DNA of 64,000 nt from the human T2T-CHM13v2.0 reference genome, Homo sapiens: NCBI RefSeq assembly GCF_009914755.1, contig NC_060927.1; one strand, 5' to 3'. Below are positions 1-14,480 of this stretch, in pieces; position 1 is the first letter of the stretch, and each line of letters begins with the position of its first letter. Both the position numbers and the translations under genes were made by a program. The notes beneath the pieces are model-generated. The model was given only the letters and a program-made list of their open reading frames with translations, did not search any database and was not told the origin of the DNA.

Positions 1-254
1 ACTGGCTTCCCTATCCAAGCCCTGTCCACACGAGCTTGTAAACAGCCTCCTTTTGGGGACCACAGGGGCCTAGACAGATTTATAATGGTAGCATAGTCTC
101 CATGTGGAAGATGGAGATGTAGAAGAGTCCTGTGTAGGTCTGGAGACATGTGAGCAAAGAATTACTGCATCTCAAGTATCTGGAATGTGGAGAGAAGGGA
201 AGAAATGGGTTCTGGATGGGCTCATTCCATTTTCATCGCTATACAAAGAAGGAT

Positions 255-722
255 TTTTAAATTTTTTATGTTGGAATAATTTTAGATTTACAGAAAAGTC
301 ACACATATAAGCAAAGAGAATTCCTGTATACCCCTCACCCAGTTTCTCCCATTGTTAATGTCTTACATTACCATGGTACATTTGTCAAAACTAAGAGCCC
401 ATTATTGGTACGTAACTGTTATCTAAATTCCAGACATTCTTCAGACTTCACCAGTGTTCCTATTGATGACCTGTTACTTACTATTCTAGTATCTGATCCA
501 GGACACTACATTGCATTTAGTTGCCATGTCTCTCCATTTGCTTCTGGCCTATGACAGTCTTCAGTCTTTCCTTGTTTTTTGTGACCCTGACAGGCTTTAG
601 GAATGCTGTCCAGGTATCCTGTAGGATGTCTCCTAATCTGGGTTTGTCTGATTATTTTGCTTATGATTAGACTGGGGTTATGGAAGGAACACTGCAGAGG
701 TGAAGTGCCCTGTTTCTGTCCA
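255..722 (-). mobile_element. Old L1 3' end fragment (L1MC-like)
   Basis: ttggaataattttagatttacagaaaag...cccctcacccagtttctccc...atccaggacactacattgcatttagttgccatgtctc matches the antisense 3' UTR of L1MC-class elements. Boundaries are approximate. Confidence 0.75.
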
Positions 723-1129
723 TGCGGGCTGCTGTGCTTTCCATCTCAGGTACAATGGTTCCCTGCAGAGGTCCAAACTCAAATGTCTTCAAAAGCCAGG
801 CAGGTAATACAACTGAGGTGAAGAAGTGGAAAAGAGCAGGATCAAATGACAGAAAGAAACAAAGGGCAGTGGCAAAGCTGAGAGTGCTTCCTCAACTGAA
901 AGGGCTGCAAATTCATGTTTTGTCTACAATACTCTGCTGGTCAAATCAAACATTCTGTAGGTTGGCTCAGGCTCCTCCACGGTAAAAACTTGGTGCCATA
1001 CTCTTAAGCATATACGGTCATACAGACAAGACCGAGGCTAGTCTTTCTGGGCTATACTAACCCTTTTCTCATGTCAGCAGCTTTTGTCCTGAATGTAGCT
1101 CCTTGGTAACATTTCCTTGGAAAGATCTG

Positions 1130-1270
1130 AAAAAGAGCCTTCACTTGGAAGCCAAGAGCTCTTGATCCCAGCAGGTTACTCACTTGTCAGTGTCCATGTA
1201 GCTGACTCACCTTAGGCCTAGATGTTAGAATCCATTTTCTTACCAACCTCACACAGTTATAGTGCAACAT
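1130..1270 (+). mobile_element. Degenerate MIR fragment
   Basis: Weak similarity to the MIR core (cttggaagccaagagctcttgatccc...cttaccaacctcacacagtt). Confidence 0.35.
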
Positions 1271-1330
1271 GAGTCATTTGTTGCACTTCTATGAATGAGT
1301 TATTGAGCATTTCTATACATGCATTTATAT

Positions 1331-1745
1331 ATCAATCAAGATAGGCTAGGTTACGCTGCGGTAAAAAAACAACCCCCAGGTCTCAGTGGCTTAACATTAC
1401 AAGTTTCACTAGGATGAACATACATTGTCAAATTGTGCCTGTTGTCCCTTTTACCCTCAAAATGATCCAGTTTGAAATCCTAGTTCTCCATGATACTACA
1501 TGTCCAAAGCAAGTCAGAAGAAGGGTATGAAGACTCAAGCTGGCAGAGGCATCATCTTGACACGTTTTCACCAACATTTGGCAGTGGGAAGGGAGTGTAG
1601 CAAATTGCACATCAACTTTTAAGGCTTCCACTTACAAACATTAACTGTAGCTAATCACATGGCCAAATCTAGCTTCCAAGGAGGAAGTGAAGTTCAATGT
1701 CTAGAAAATGAAAGCCAGAAATAATTTGTGAATAATACTAACAAC
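1331..1745 (-). mobile_element. Old MaLR LTR (MLT1J/K-like)
   Basis: caagataggctaggttacgctgcggtaa...tctcagtggcttaac start and aatcacatggcc...ccagaaataatttgtgaataa end are typical of late MLT1 LTRs. Confidence 0.6.
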
Positions 1746-1854
1746 TGGATCGGTTAGGATCAAATGTTTCATGTGAAAATCATCAAAACCATAATGGTAT
1801 TTGGCAACTGTCAATGAAGATGATGTTTATAAATGCTTCAGCTGATTTTGTCAA

Positions 1855-2341
1855 TGTGGAGATTAATTTTATATGTCTACTTGACTGGCTTAAGGGATGT
1901 CCAGGTGGCAGGTAAAACAATATTTCTGGGTGTATCTCTGAGGATGTTTCCAGAAAAGATTAGCATTCGAATCAGTGGACTAAGTAAAGAAGCTCTGCCC
2001 TCACCAATGTGAGTGGGTGCCATTCAATAGTTTGAAGGCCTGAACAGAATAAAAAGGCAGAGGAAGAGTGAATTCATTTCCTCTGTTTGAGGTGGGACCT
2101 TCGTTTTCTCCTGTCCTCAGGCATCAGCGCTCTTGGTTCTCAGGCCTTCAGACTTGGGCTAAATCATATCACCAGCTTTTCTGGTTCTCCAGCTTGCAGA
2201 TGGCAGATCATGGGACCTCTTGGCCTCCATAACCGTGCGAGCCAATTTGCATAATGAGTCCCTCTCATCTCTCTCTGTCTCTGTCATCTAATTATCTGTC
2301 TCTTAGTGGTTCTGTTTGTCTGGAGTACCCTGACTAATACA
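1855..2341 (+). mobile_element. ERVL solo LTR, MLT2 family (MLT2B/D-like)
   Basis: TG...CA termini (tgtggagattaattttatatgtctacttgactgg ... ggttctgtttgtctggagtaccctgactaataca) and internal ccagcttgcagatggcagatcatgggac. Confidence 0.85.
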
Positions 2342-2737
2342 CTTGGGAATATTTATCGTGTTACCCTTATAGGCCATGTTTCCTACTCCCAACACACGCA
2401 CTGGATATTATGAAAAGGAGGTGCTCTGGGACTCCATCTCTTTGTGGCCTTGAGTTGGCTTCTGCTCATCTCTGCCCATATCTCACTCATGATACCACGC
2501 TGCATTCAAATTCCTTCACCATAGTTCTTTCTATTTCTTCATCCATTTTTGGTTATTCTTGATTTTTAAGAGTGGTAAGGCATTTCACTTATACCCTTTC
2601 TCTCTGGCCATAACTTGTCAGATAGAAAAATATCTTTTTCAAATTTATCCCAGCCATGGAAACTCCTGTTCTTTAAGATTTTTCTCAATGCAGTATAGAC
2701 AGTTTACACCAAGCATTTTACAAAATATGTTTTAATA

Positions 2738-3016
<279 letters not shown>

Positions 3017-3070
<54 letters not shown>
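3017..3070. repeat. (TA)27 microsatellite
   Basis: Uninterrupted TA run in the position of the Alu tail. Confidence 0.95.
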
Positions 3071-3074
<4 letters not shown>

Positions 3075-3088
3075 TTAATAAACAACTA

Positions 3089-3389
3089 TTTTGTTTTGTT
3101 TTGACACGGAGTCTCGCTCTGTCACCCAGGCTGGAGTGCAGTGGCACGATCTCAGCTCACTGCAAGCTCTGCCTCCCAGTTCACGCCATTCTCTTGCCTC
3201 AGCCTCCTGAGTAGCTGGGACTACAGGCGCCTGCCACCACGCCCAGCTAATTTTTTGTATTTTTTTTTTTTAGTAGAGATGGGGTTTCACCATGTTAGCC
3301 AGGATGGTTTTGATCTCCTGACCTCGTGATCCGCCCACCTCAGCATCCCAAAGTGCTGGGATTACAGGCATGAGCCATTGCGCCCAGCC
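3089..3389 (-). mobile_element. AluY-like, full length
   Basis: Y diagnostics gcaagctc, ttcacgccattctc, ggactacaggcgcc, ttagccaggatgg. TSD aataaacaact(a/g)tttt at 3077-3092 and 3390-3405. Confidence 0.92.
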
Positions 3390-6300
3390 AATAAACAACT
3401 GTTTTAATGAACAGTTTGTTCAGAAAACAAATGCAATATTTAGACCACAAGAAGTATGAATCCTGCTACTGCCCTCTGCTTTAGTTAGGCCACATCTGGA
3501 GCCCTCTGGTCAGCTGAAGCCCCACACTTAAAAGGTGGCCTTTCAGTGGATCAGGAGCGGAATGTCTAATATAAAGAAGTATGTTGGAAATGTGATTTAA
3601 ATAGGAATGGGAATATGTAGGAGGCTGGCAGTGTGTGCCAAAGTAAGTACAGTGCAAACGTGATAGGAGTTAACATGGTCCCTGTCACTAAATATTTGAA
3701 GTGCCCAATGGAGTGTTGTCCTGGTATAATACTTTAGGGTGGTGCCACAACTTCTGTGGTTGTTACTTCCATTTATCTTAATTGCTGTTGTTTCTTTGAA
3801 GGATTTCTGATTTTATTCAATTGGCTCATTGTTCAATGTATAAAAAGAAAGGATTTTTTAAAAGGCACTGGAAAATTTCCTTTACTACTGATTTCAGAAA
3901 CTGATGATGAATGGCTTTTGCAGAAAATTGATATGAGCTGTTTATTAAAAAAAATCCCAGGACACGCACTTTGCCTGACAAATCACCATAATCTGACCCA
4001 CAAGATCTGATTTTCAAAACCTTGAGGAATATTTTACATCACTGATGAGAAAAGAAGAACTTATTCATTTATGACCTCCAACATCTATGTTAATTGACGG
4101 TTATATCCTTTTGCAGTTAATATATCTATTAATATACTCACAAGCATGGAAACTGGCCAAAACAGTTAGGCAATGAATGCTATTGCAAACATAGACATAT
4201 ATTTTTCTCAGTAGGGTTGTCCATTTCCTGCCATGGTTTAAATGCCAAGTGTGTAAATAAAAGGACAACAGGATGACATAAAAAGCGTATCCTATAGTGA
4301 AAGACCTTTCTAGGCAATAATAAGCAATCTTATATACCTTGGTCTCCTAAACTTGGAAGGCAGTCAGTTTGTTTCTTAGAATCCTAAGCAACTATAAAAT
4401 GAAATAAAATTTTAATGCCCTGTTAGAAGGGATGAATAAAAATCCATAAATAAGAAAATAAAAAAATCTTTACTTTGCACATTTGCCATTTCCCTATCCA
4501 GTCAGCTCTTTTTTATCAGGCCTAGTGTTTGAAGCAAAATGAAATTGATTCATCTGCTTTCTCGGCCCCAAATGGTAATGTTATCAAGAAGTGAAATAGA
4601 GGACTAGAAATAGAAAAATGGAGAGAAATCATGGACTTTGAAGTCTAGCACTTCTGGCCATTGGATAGCTAAGAGTTGCCTGCAGCATAATACAAGTCAG
4701 TCCTCTAAGTCAATCAAATTCCCTCCTACTCTTCATCTTCTGGCTTTTTTTTTTTCCCATGAAGTCTTCTTCTCCTCTGCCTATATATAGGGTACTCCAT
4801 GTCCTCGTTGGCTCTTTTCTTTTCTCACACACCATTTTCTTTTTTGGTAATGATATATAGGCTTGCACAACTTCTGCTGTCATCCCCAGGCACACAATTC
4901 CCCTAAATCAATGCCTTCAATCCAAATGCTCTTTTGAGCTCCAGACCCACATTTCAAACAGTGTTCTGGGTAACTCCATGGTCATTTGATGGACATCATA
5001 ATATCACTGCCTAGGCAATGGTGCCTGGCATCCAGGAGCCTGGGCTGGATAGACATCATGAGCCTATGGCCAGTGTTCACAGAGCAGGTTCAAACTACAC
5101 AGATCATTCAAATTGCTCATTATTCTGAAAGAGCTGGGCAGAGAAAGGGGAATCTGAATGGACATAAGACTCTGTGAGAAAAGCAGAAAAAACAGATAAA
5201 CATCAGAAGGCTTAAAGTGACTATGAGAAGCAAAGCTTATAGGGATTTACCAAGTTGAAGAGGGTAGTTGCGAGGTTCCTACTAGAGCATCTATGCTCTT
5301 ACATGGAGCTGTTCCTTCACTTCTGTGGGTTGATCAGAGATGGAACACAAATCAAGATGGATCAATGACATTCCACCTAGGACTTTTAGACTTGGAATCA
5401 AGAAAGGACAAAAATAATTTCTCTAATAGCTGAATTCTATCAAATGCTTTACTAGAGAAGTAGAGGATAATCAACAGGTAAAGAGGAAAGAAGGATGCAG
5501 TTGCTTAAGATGAAAAAAGAGTTCATGGCAGCATTCAAGTTCTCAGTTCCAATTGACTCTGAGACTCTACCGTATTACTGCCCTTTGCAATACTTGGTTT
5601 TTCCATGATGTAGCACCTGTGATACCCACCCCCATGCGAAGGTTAGGTCAAGTTCATCCTTGAAACCAAAAGAGTTTTATTGAAGACAATCACCAAATCC
5701 TGCTGACACTCTTCAAATGAGTCACATGTTCCTGTTTTCCTTTACCTCTGCTGAGTGATGTGCCTCTGGGGGCACAAGGATGTCTTGCTTATCTTTATGC
5801 CCTTTCCAAGATAGCATAATGCCTAGCACAAAGAAGGTACTAAGAAAGCATGGATTGGGATGGTTTCCCTCTGCACTCTCCAGTGGCCTAGCTATGCTTT
5901 TACAGCACAGCGACTCAGAGATCGCCTTGATGTAGGAGCAAGACTGTGACCTAAGAGGCCTGGGCATGATCTTGTCTCCACCATCCAAACCTTTCCATCA
6001 TCACATTTGTTCATCATTTCTCACTACCCCTTGTCCATGCTAAGACAATGAGGCTATTTCTTCTCCATCAACTCTGTGTTTCTCCCCAATAGACTGTTTT
6101 CTTAAACAGAACAGTGAAAATAATTATCAGCCTAGAATGACAGCCTAACATGTCCTTTCAGCATGCACCATGTGAAGAAGACAGGAAGTATGGGGCAAAC
6201 AGGAAGAGTAGCATAATACAGGCCGGGCAGCATCTTGGGAAAACTGTCAGAAAGACCCACGTCTTATATCAAGGTCTTCTGTCAGCCCCCTGCCTTCTGT

Positions 6301-7224
6301 TGACCAAAAGGTTGGGTTCGTCCTGTGCTCTTCTCTGACACTCCCTCCTCTTCTATTTCATTCCAGGGCATTCAAGTCCAATGATTTGTTTTAGAAATGC
6401 TATCATTTGTTAGCTTAGCTTTTATCTCGGTTGGATGCCTTTCCTGTCTCACTGCTTTCCTTTCAAGGAGGCAGAGCCAACAGTTGACTGAGAGTTTTAT
6501 TCAACACACCCCTGTTGTTAGATGAAGCTGGAGAAACTTTTATTAACAAGCTTACTCAGGACTTCAGCCATGGTGTAGGGTATGTGTCTGCCACCTGTGT
6601 CTGGCACCCTCTGAAGCCTGAATAAGAGATAAAGTGAGTGGAGCTTCTGTTTGGAATACCAGCCTGGTAAATAAACCCCAGCAGGTGGGGCCCAGAGGAT
6701 GATTTGCTTTTGTCTGTGTGAAGCAATTGCCTTTATCCAGGTTGCTCTAAATGGTGATGCTAGAGACATTATGAGAACTCCGAGATTTTTGTGCTGCTCA
6801 GGCCTGTTTCTGGTGATGCAGAGTCCATCTTCCCAGGTGATATAGAATTCCTTATTGGGAATTCTGGGGACATGACCGATGAGGCAGAAACAAAAGGGAA
6901 GTCAGAAATACAGAGATGAGATGATGAGAAAGAAGTGCCTGCAAATAATTGGCAAAGAATAGAGCTGTGGGAAATATTGGTAATCATCATCATCAGCATT
7001 CTAAAACTTTATATTTGAGTAGTGCTTTATAATTTTTTAAACTTTATTTTTACAAATTAGTTTTGTAATTATTACTCACTCCTTATCACAAAACCTTGAG
7101 GGCTAGAACCCCTCAGGATGGGAGAGATCATGATATAAAGGCACTGATAATCTGTATATACTATAGAAGGCTGAGACCATCAGCCCAGGCTTATTATGGG
7201 TAAAAGGGTTATAAAGCAAGGGCT

Positions 7225-7375
7225 AAAAATGAAAACCTAAAACATTATAAGAACTGAAAGAAAATATAGAAAACAACCTTAGTATCTTGATGGAAAAAGA
7301 GGGCAGGTTTTGCTTATCAATTCACAAAAATCCAGAAGCCCTACAGGAGAAGACTAACAGATTTGACTACTCCAA
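7225..7375 (+). mobile_element. Old L1M (L1ME-like) ORF2/3' fragment
   Basis: aaaacattataagaactgaaagaaaatatagaa...cacaaaaatccagaagcc...aagactaacagatttgactac resembles late L1 ORF2. Confidence 0.55.
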
Positions 7376-7577
7376 GCTTTTTTAAAACATTGTTTTCTAT
7401 TTTTCATGTATAAGGCTTTCTTCAGATATCTGTGGATCTTTGTCTATTTGCTCATGATTATAAATGGAGAAAAGAGCTGATTAGAAACTGTGTATCTGCA
7501 TAGAGCTTATTTATTCCGAACATCACTGTTGGATAAACTGGGTAGGCCATTTATTAAGCAATTCCCACTGTCAGTAT

Positions 7578-7990
7578 CTTAGGCCAGAAGTCCTAAGTAA
7601 GTCTCACTAGGCTAAAATTAAAATGCTGGCATGGTTTTATTGCTTTCTGGAGGCTGCGGGGGAAAAATTGTTTTCTTATCTTTTCCAGCTTCTAGAGGCT
7701 GTCTGTATTCCTTAGCTCCTGGCCCTTTCCTCCATCTTTAAAGCCAGCAACAGCCACTCAAGTCTTTCTCACATTGCGTCACTCTGACATTGGTTCTCCT
7801 CCCTCCCTCTTACACATTTAAGAACTCCCGTGACTGCACTGGGCTCACACAGATAATCCAGGTTCATGTCTCTCTCTAAAGTCAGCTGATTAGCCACTTT
7901 AACTGCCCTGTGCTATATAATCTACTATATTCACAATTCCAGGGCATAGCATGTAGACATCTTTGGGAGGTTTTTATTCTGCCCACCACA
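7578..7990 (-). mobile_element. MaLR LTR (MLT1C/D-like)
   Basis: ttttccagcttctagaggctg...tcctccatctttaaagccagcaa...tgggctcacacagataatccagg...tattctgcccaccaca terminus. Confidence 0.85.
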
Positions 7991-8020
7991 AGTGTATATA
8001 TACTCATAGGTGTGTAAATA

Positions 8021-8397
8021 TGTATTAGTCTGTTCTCACTCTGCTAATAAAGACATGCCTGAGACTGGGTAATTTATAAGGGAAAGAGGATTAATTGACT
8101 CACATTTCAGTATGGCTGGAAAGGCCTCAGGAAACTTACAATCATGGTGGAAGGGGAAACAAACAAGTCCTTTTTCACATGGTGGCAGGAGAGAGAATGA
8201 GAGAATAAAGGTGCAAGCCCGTTATAAAACCATCAGATCTCATGAGAACTTACTTACTCACTATCACGAGAATAGCATGGGGGAAACCACACTCATGATT
8301 CAATTACCTCCCACTGAGTCCCTCCCACGACACGTAGGGATTATGGGAACTACAATTCAAGATGAGATCTGGGTGGGGACACAGCCAATCCATATTA
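8021..8397 (-). mobile_element. THE1C-like MaLR solo LTR
   Basis: tgtattagtctgttctcactctgctaataaagac...gatgagatctgggtggggacacagccaatccatatta. 5-bp TSD aaata/aaatg. Confidence 0.92.
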
Positions 8398-8530
8398 AAA
8401 TGCATAGAAAAAGACTGGAAGTACATACGCCTAATTACATAATGAATTAAGTACCTAACAGTGGTTGCCTCTGAAGAGAAGGAATGGGAATTAGGAGAGA
8501 ATTTAAAAAGAACTGTTATGGTTTACTTGA
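8398..8530 (+). mobile_element. L1ME-like 3' UTR fragment (host of the THE1 insertion)
   Basis: atgcatagaaaaagactggaag...acagtggttgcctctg...gaatgggaattagg. Confidence 0.55.
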
Positions 8531-8681
8531 AAATTATCACATTTTCTTTGGAGTAACCTGAACCAAAGGATTTTAAATGTATTAATAAAAATATCATTAA
8601 ATTGTAATTATTTACTTATATTTGTCACTTAAACATAATGTTGTACAATCTGTTTTCTTAGCCATTATATTAAATGGGTTC

Positions 8682-8968
8682 TTTTTTTTGTTTGCTTTGT
8701 TTTTTTGAGATGGAGTCTTACTCTGTCACACAGGCTGGATTGCAGTGGTGTGATCTCAGGTCATTGCAACCTCCGCCTCCCAGTTTCAAGTGATTCTTCT
8801 GCCTCAGCCTCCTGAGTAGCTGGGATTACAGGCATGCACCACCACGCCTGGATAATTTTTGTATTTTTTAGTAGAGATGGGGTTTTGCTATGTTGGCCAG
8901 GCTGGTCTCAAACTCCAGGCCTCAAGTGATCCAACTGCCTTGGCCTCCCAAAGTGCTGGGATCACAGG
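8682..8968 (-). mobile_element. AluS (Sx/Sz-like), slightly 5'-truncated
   Basis: T-rich tail, then gagatggagtcttactctg...caaagtgctgggatcacagg. Confidence 0.92.
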
Positions 8969-9535
8969 AGGTTCAATTATTGAGGTTAGCGCATAACTAT
9001 GAATAAAAATAGGTTTTAAAGGTATAGCATATTCTATTTAATAAATATGCTTCTTTAATTTGTTGATGGTGACTGTAAAAGTGTGAAATGTATAGAGAAC
9101 TGCCTTGTCTGCCTCTGAGAAGTGCAGTTGTGTCAGATGAAATAAGAGACATGTGTGATGTGAGGCCAACGTGAAAGTTTACAGAAAGTCAACACATTTC
9201 CTATCACATTCTTTTATCTTCACTATGGTTTGTTAGGGATCTCATTAGATGCTTCTATTTCATTAGTCTTTTGGCATTTCACTCTTTCTTGTTTCTGATA
9301 TGTGTCCTTCTTTGTCTTCATAGTGTTAGTTTCATTTTGTCCATTAGCCCATTTGTTTCTCACTTAAGCATTTCTTCTTTGGCGTTTTAACTATTTTCAT
9401 ATTCCTTAAGTTATTTAGACTTGATTAAACAAATAAATACCCTAATATGCATGAAAGTATTTGCACAGATAATTGTCAGAGGCATATAATTTCAAAAATG
9501 CTTTTATATACTGTTTATTTGGTGTATAAAAATGT

Positions 9536-9837
<302 letters not shown>

Positions 9838-11504
9838 GCTTTATATACTATTTTAAAATAAATGACACTAGTTTAAGGTTACACTTAGAGAAATTTCAAG
9901 CTTACTTTAAAAAACTAAATACTTGAACATATACAATTCTTCTAAGGACTACCAACCTCATATCTATTAAAGAAAACACTTGTGAATTAATAGGCATGGT
10001 TTTCACATGATCACAGGATGCTTGATCATTCATTGGCTAGGGTTATCACATACAAAGCTACTTCAGGCTACCCGATCCTTTTAAAACGACAAAAAGAGTA
10101 TATATTTTACATATATATATATAATTTTTTTTTCCCCCAAAGAGAATGAGAAAGAGAGGCTCCCACATAGAGAAGAATTCGAGTTTGGAATGAGTCAGAA
10201 TGTGGTAGGGAAATAGCAGAATGGCTGTCCAATACTAGCAGGTCTAGAAGTAGGGGATGGAAGTGCTGGTTAACTGGTTAACTGTGGAGAATGGTTTCTC
10301 TGGGTAGCCCTTTGCAGCCATCCAATGGCTGAGACAATGAGGAAGACCTGCAGCAAGTAACAGAAAGGCTGTGACTCAGCTGAGAGGTTGGGGGACATTG
10401 TACCCCAGGGAGAAGTGTTTTCTTTTCTGCAAAGACAGAGAACAGGAGAGGGAGAGTCTCCCATTTCTGAAGAGTCCAACAGCAGAAACAGCAGTCTCCA
10501 AGGCCCTGTCTGCAGGGGAAAAGGGACATGTCAGAGGTCCTGTTAAGTGGTAACAGCTGTGACCACAGCAAAAAAACCTCTAACTTTCTTGACACCATGG
10601 CCTACACCACCTACTCTACCTTTAGCTCATTCAGTCTGTAAATCTTTTATCCAATCTACTTATTATTTACAATTATGGCATGCTCTTTGACAGTCTTGGT
10701 GTTTTCTCTACATTGTTTTCTATCTTTAAGTTGTCTTCTCCTTCAGAAATGAGTCTGTGTTTTTAAAACTTCTTATGAATATGCAACACAGACCATACAC
10801 AAAAGCTCTTTGATGATGTTTGGAATTAGAGAAAGGGGGAGATTTCAGACTCACATGTGTTTGGACAAACCTCAAAGAACTAAAAGATTTGAAAAAGATA
10901 GTGAGTGTAAAGATTTTTGTTGCTGTTGCTGTTTTCAATAAAGCACAAGCCTTCTTGCATCCAGCGCTCTTGAGTAATTGATTTTAATTAAAAAATAAAA
11001 GAAAACAGAGTCATAGCATCCAGAAAAGATATACAAGTGCTAGGTAAAATTCTAATTGGAGACAGTAAATTGAACATGTTCATTTAATCCCATTTCCTCC
11101 ACAAATTCAATTAGTACATCAATATGATGATTTTTTAAAGCATAAACTCTCAGGAAAAAGAAATGGAAGAGAAGACTACAGCAACAAAATTGTGGAAGCT
11201 GGGGAACTAAAGCAATGACCTTAGAGGCAAAGAAAGTGGGATCCTGAGCTGGCATAAGGGGAAGGTGAGAAAAAATTTAGCGGACCCCTCAAAAGTCTTA
11301 GGAATTGATGGCACCAAGACCTCTGGAAGTGGGAGTATGTGTGTGATTAAGGATAAGCATAACTGAAAGTACATTAAAGAAGTTGTTAGATTCTGAGTCC
11401 AAATGGCCGGCATTTGCTTCTCTTCTATCCTGAATTAAGACTGGAGATTTGTTCTCAAGATACTATAACAGAGCTTCTCTGGACTGGGAGACTTCAAGAT
11501 ATTT

Positions 11505-11900
11505 TTGCAGTTACTATTGCTATGTGAGAAACCACCCCAGAACTAAGCTGGATGGAACAATCATCTGATAATACTCATAGATCCTGTGAGTCATTCAGAC
11601 AGTGCATGGCAAGGACGGCTAACTTCTGCTCCACATGTCTGGGGCTTTTTAGCTGTAAAGATTCAACAGCTTGGTGCTGGGGTCATCTGGAGGTATCTCC
11701 ACTCAACATGTCTGGCAGTGGATACTGTAGATTAGGGTCTCTGCTGGGCTCAGTTGGCCAGAACACCTATATGGGGCCTCCCAATGTGGTCTCTCTGCCT
11801 GGGCTTATTTGGGCTTCCTCACAGCATGGTGGCTGGGTTCCAAAGGCCAGTGCCCATGAAGGGAAGAGAGCAGTGAATGGCTTTCTTGTGATCTAGCCTC
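11505..11900 (-). mobile_element. MaLR LTR (MLT1F/G-like)
   Basis: cttctgctccacatgtctgggg...gggtcatctggagg...gggcttcctcacagcatggtggctgggttccaa. Explains ORF 11552-11896. Confidence 0.75.
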
Positions 11901-12608
11901 TTTCAAGATATGTGATTCCAAAGGGTAAACCCAGCTTACAGTTTTGAATTATCTACACATACCTCAGGAAAAAAAAAATTACACTATCATTCTCAGGGTT
12001 GAGAAATTTCATTTTTCTCACAGGTGGCTTTGACTTTGATTTCAACTCTGACAATTAATACCATAGAAGCCACCATTTGGCCTCCAAAATAATTTTTGGC
12101 AAGACTTTTATTCATGTTTACTGCCTTCAGAGCTCAAAGAGAATGGTTTTTGTTCAATCATTAAGATGTTTTGATCACTGTAAGTTTGACATATTATTAT
12201 TCAGATAGGCATTTACTGAGTACCCCTTGCCATTTTATATTTAAGTTTGCAAATTCATTACTTAAGAATGTGCTAATCCCAAACCCATTATGGAGTGTTC
12301 CTGCAATTTGTATATCCTGACTTGAAGTCACTTGAGGTACTTTAGTTTTGGTCAGAGAATCTGTATAGCAGGCAAGTGAACTGAAAAAAAACAAAAAAAA
12401 CAAAAAACCCCACTTTTCTACCCAGTTATCATCTTGTAAAATATGACATTTTGAAAATAGGTATAAGAACATTAGAGAACACTACTCTTATAGAGCGAGA
12501 TTTACAGAAATAAACATCTATGTATGTTTTTAGCACGTTATTCATTAAACCTCATCAGTTATGGTTCATAGAAACTGCTAAGGTACTTTTCTACATTTTC
12601 TTTCAGTT

Positions 12609-13430
12609 CTTTTTTCTTTAAGTTATATTTTAAGTTCTGGGATACATGCGTAAAACATGCGGGTTTGTTACATAGGTATACATGTGCCATGGTGGTTTGC
12701 TGCACCCATCAACCCGTCTTCTACATTAGGTATTTCTCCTAATGCTATCCCTCCCCTAGCCCCCACCCCACCCCCGACAGGCCCCAGCGTGTGATGTTCC
12801 TCTCCCTGTGCCCATATGTTCTCATTATTCAACTCCCACTTATGAGTGGGAACATGCAGTGTTTGGTTTTCTATTCTTGTGTTAGTTTGCTGAGAATGAT
12901 GGTTTCCAGCTTCATCCATGTCCCTACAAAGGACATGAACTCATTTTTTATAGCTGCATAGTATTCCATGGTGTATATGTGCCACATTTTCTTTATCCAG
13001 TCTGTCATTGATGGGCATTTGGGTTGGTTCCAAGTCTTTGCTATTGTGAATAGTGTTGTAATAAACATACGTGTGCATGAGTCTTTATAGTAGAATGATT
13101 TATAATCCTTTGGTTATATACCCAGTAATGGGATTGCTGGGTCAAATGGTATTTGTAGTTCTGGATCCTTGAGGAATCACCGCACTGTCTTCCACAATGG
13201 TTGAACTAATTTACACCCCCACCAACAGTGTAAAAGCGTTCCTATTTCTCCACATCCTTTCCAGCATCTGTTGTTTTCTAACTTTTTAACGATTGCCATT
13301 CTAACTAGTGTGAAATGGTATCTCATTGTGGTTTTGATTTGCATTTCTCTAATGACCAGTGATGATGAGCTTTTATTCATGTGTTTCTTGGCCACATAAA
13401 TGTCTTCTTTTGAGAAGTGTCTGTTCATAT
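12609..13430 (-). mobile_element. L1PA (L1PA7-like) 5'-truncated 3' end, ~0.8 kb
   Basis: Antisense L1 3' UTR plus ORF2 C-terminus; translated fragments [11 protein letters not shown]..., TIAKTWNQPKCPS...WIKKMWHIYTMEYYAAIK. Confidence 0.95.
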
Positions 13431-13937
13431 AAAAAAAAAGCCATGCAAACATGTTAATTTTGTCCCTCTTTGATTTGCTATGGAAGTCTCTAGGCTTATA
13501 AAGAGCTTAACTCTGCAATGAAGTAAGATAGTTGTTTTTGTAGCAATACATAGTTGCTTTTATTGCTCTGTTATTTTAGTCTCGTTGTCATTCATTGAAC
13601 TGAAGAAGAACTGTGAGTAGAGGGAGAAAAACACAGCGTCTTTCTCCTCCCCTCCTGGGAGCGGCGTCTCTCCCTTTCCCCAACAAGGCAAAAGCAGAAG
13701 CAACACTTCTGAATCACACAGTAATGTAAAATCTTTTTTCAATAAGAAAAAAAAGTTTTTGAGAAGCTCTTACTCTCACCTAAAGTTTTAAGGAGGAGCT
13801 GTTTATGACAAGCTTGAAGCTTGAAGCGCCCCTACTTTCATAAATAGCTCTCCCTTAAAACCCTAGTGATGTTTCCAGCAACTCCAATAATTTGTAAAAC
13901 ATTACCAAAAATTTCATAATTGCCAAACAATTTTTAA

Positions 13938-14293
<356 letters not shown>

Positions 14294-14480
14294 TGTTTAA
14301 ATGTTATTTTAAGAAATTAATATATTTTTAAGCACTTTTAATCTCTCCATCTTAGGCTGAGTTTGGCTTGGTTGATAAGACTACCTCCTAACTTTTAGCT
14401 CTGGCCACACCAGGCCCACTTTCATGTTCTGGTCTCCCCTACCTTCCACTCTGCCACAGGTTCCAGGGCGTTTACTGGGT

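Noticed and set aside
3897-4015. Possible C/D-box snoRNA (atgatga ... ctga)
   Set aside because: The terminal stem is weak and I recognise no rRNA/snRNA antisense element. Such boxes occur by chance.
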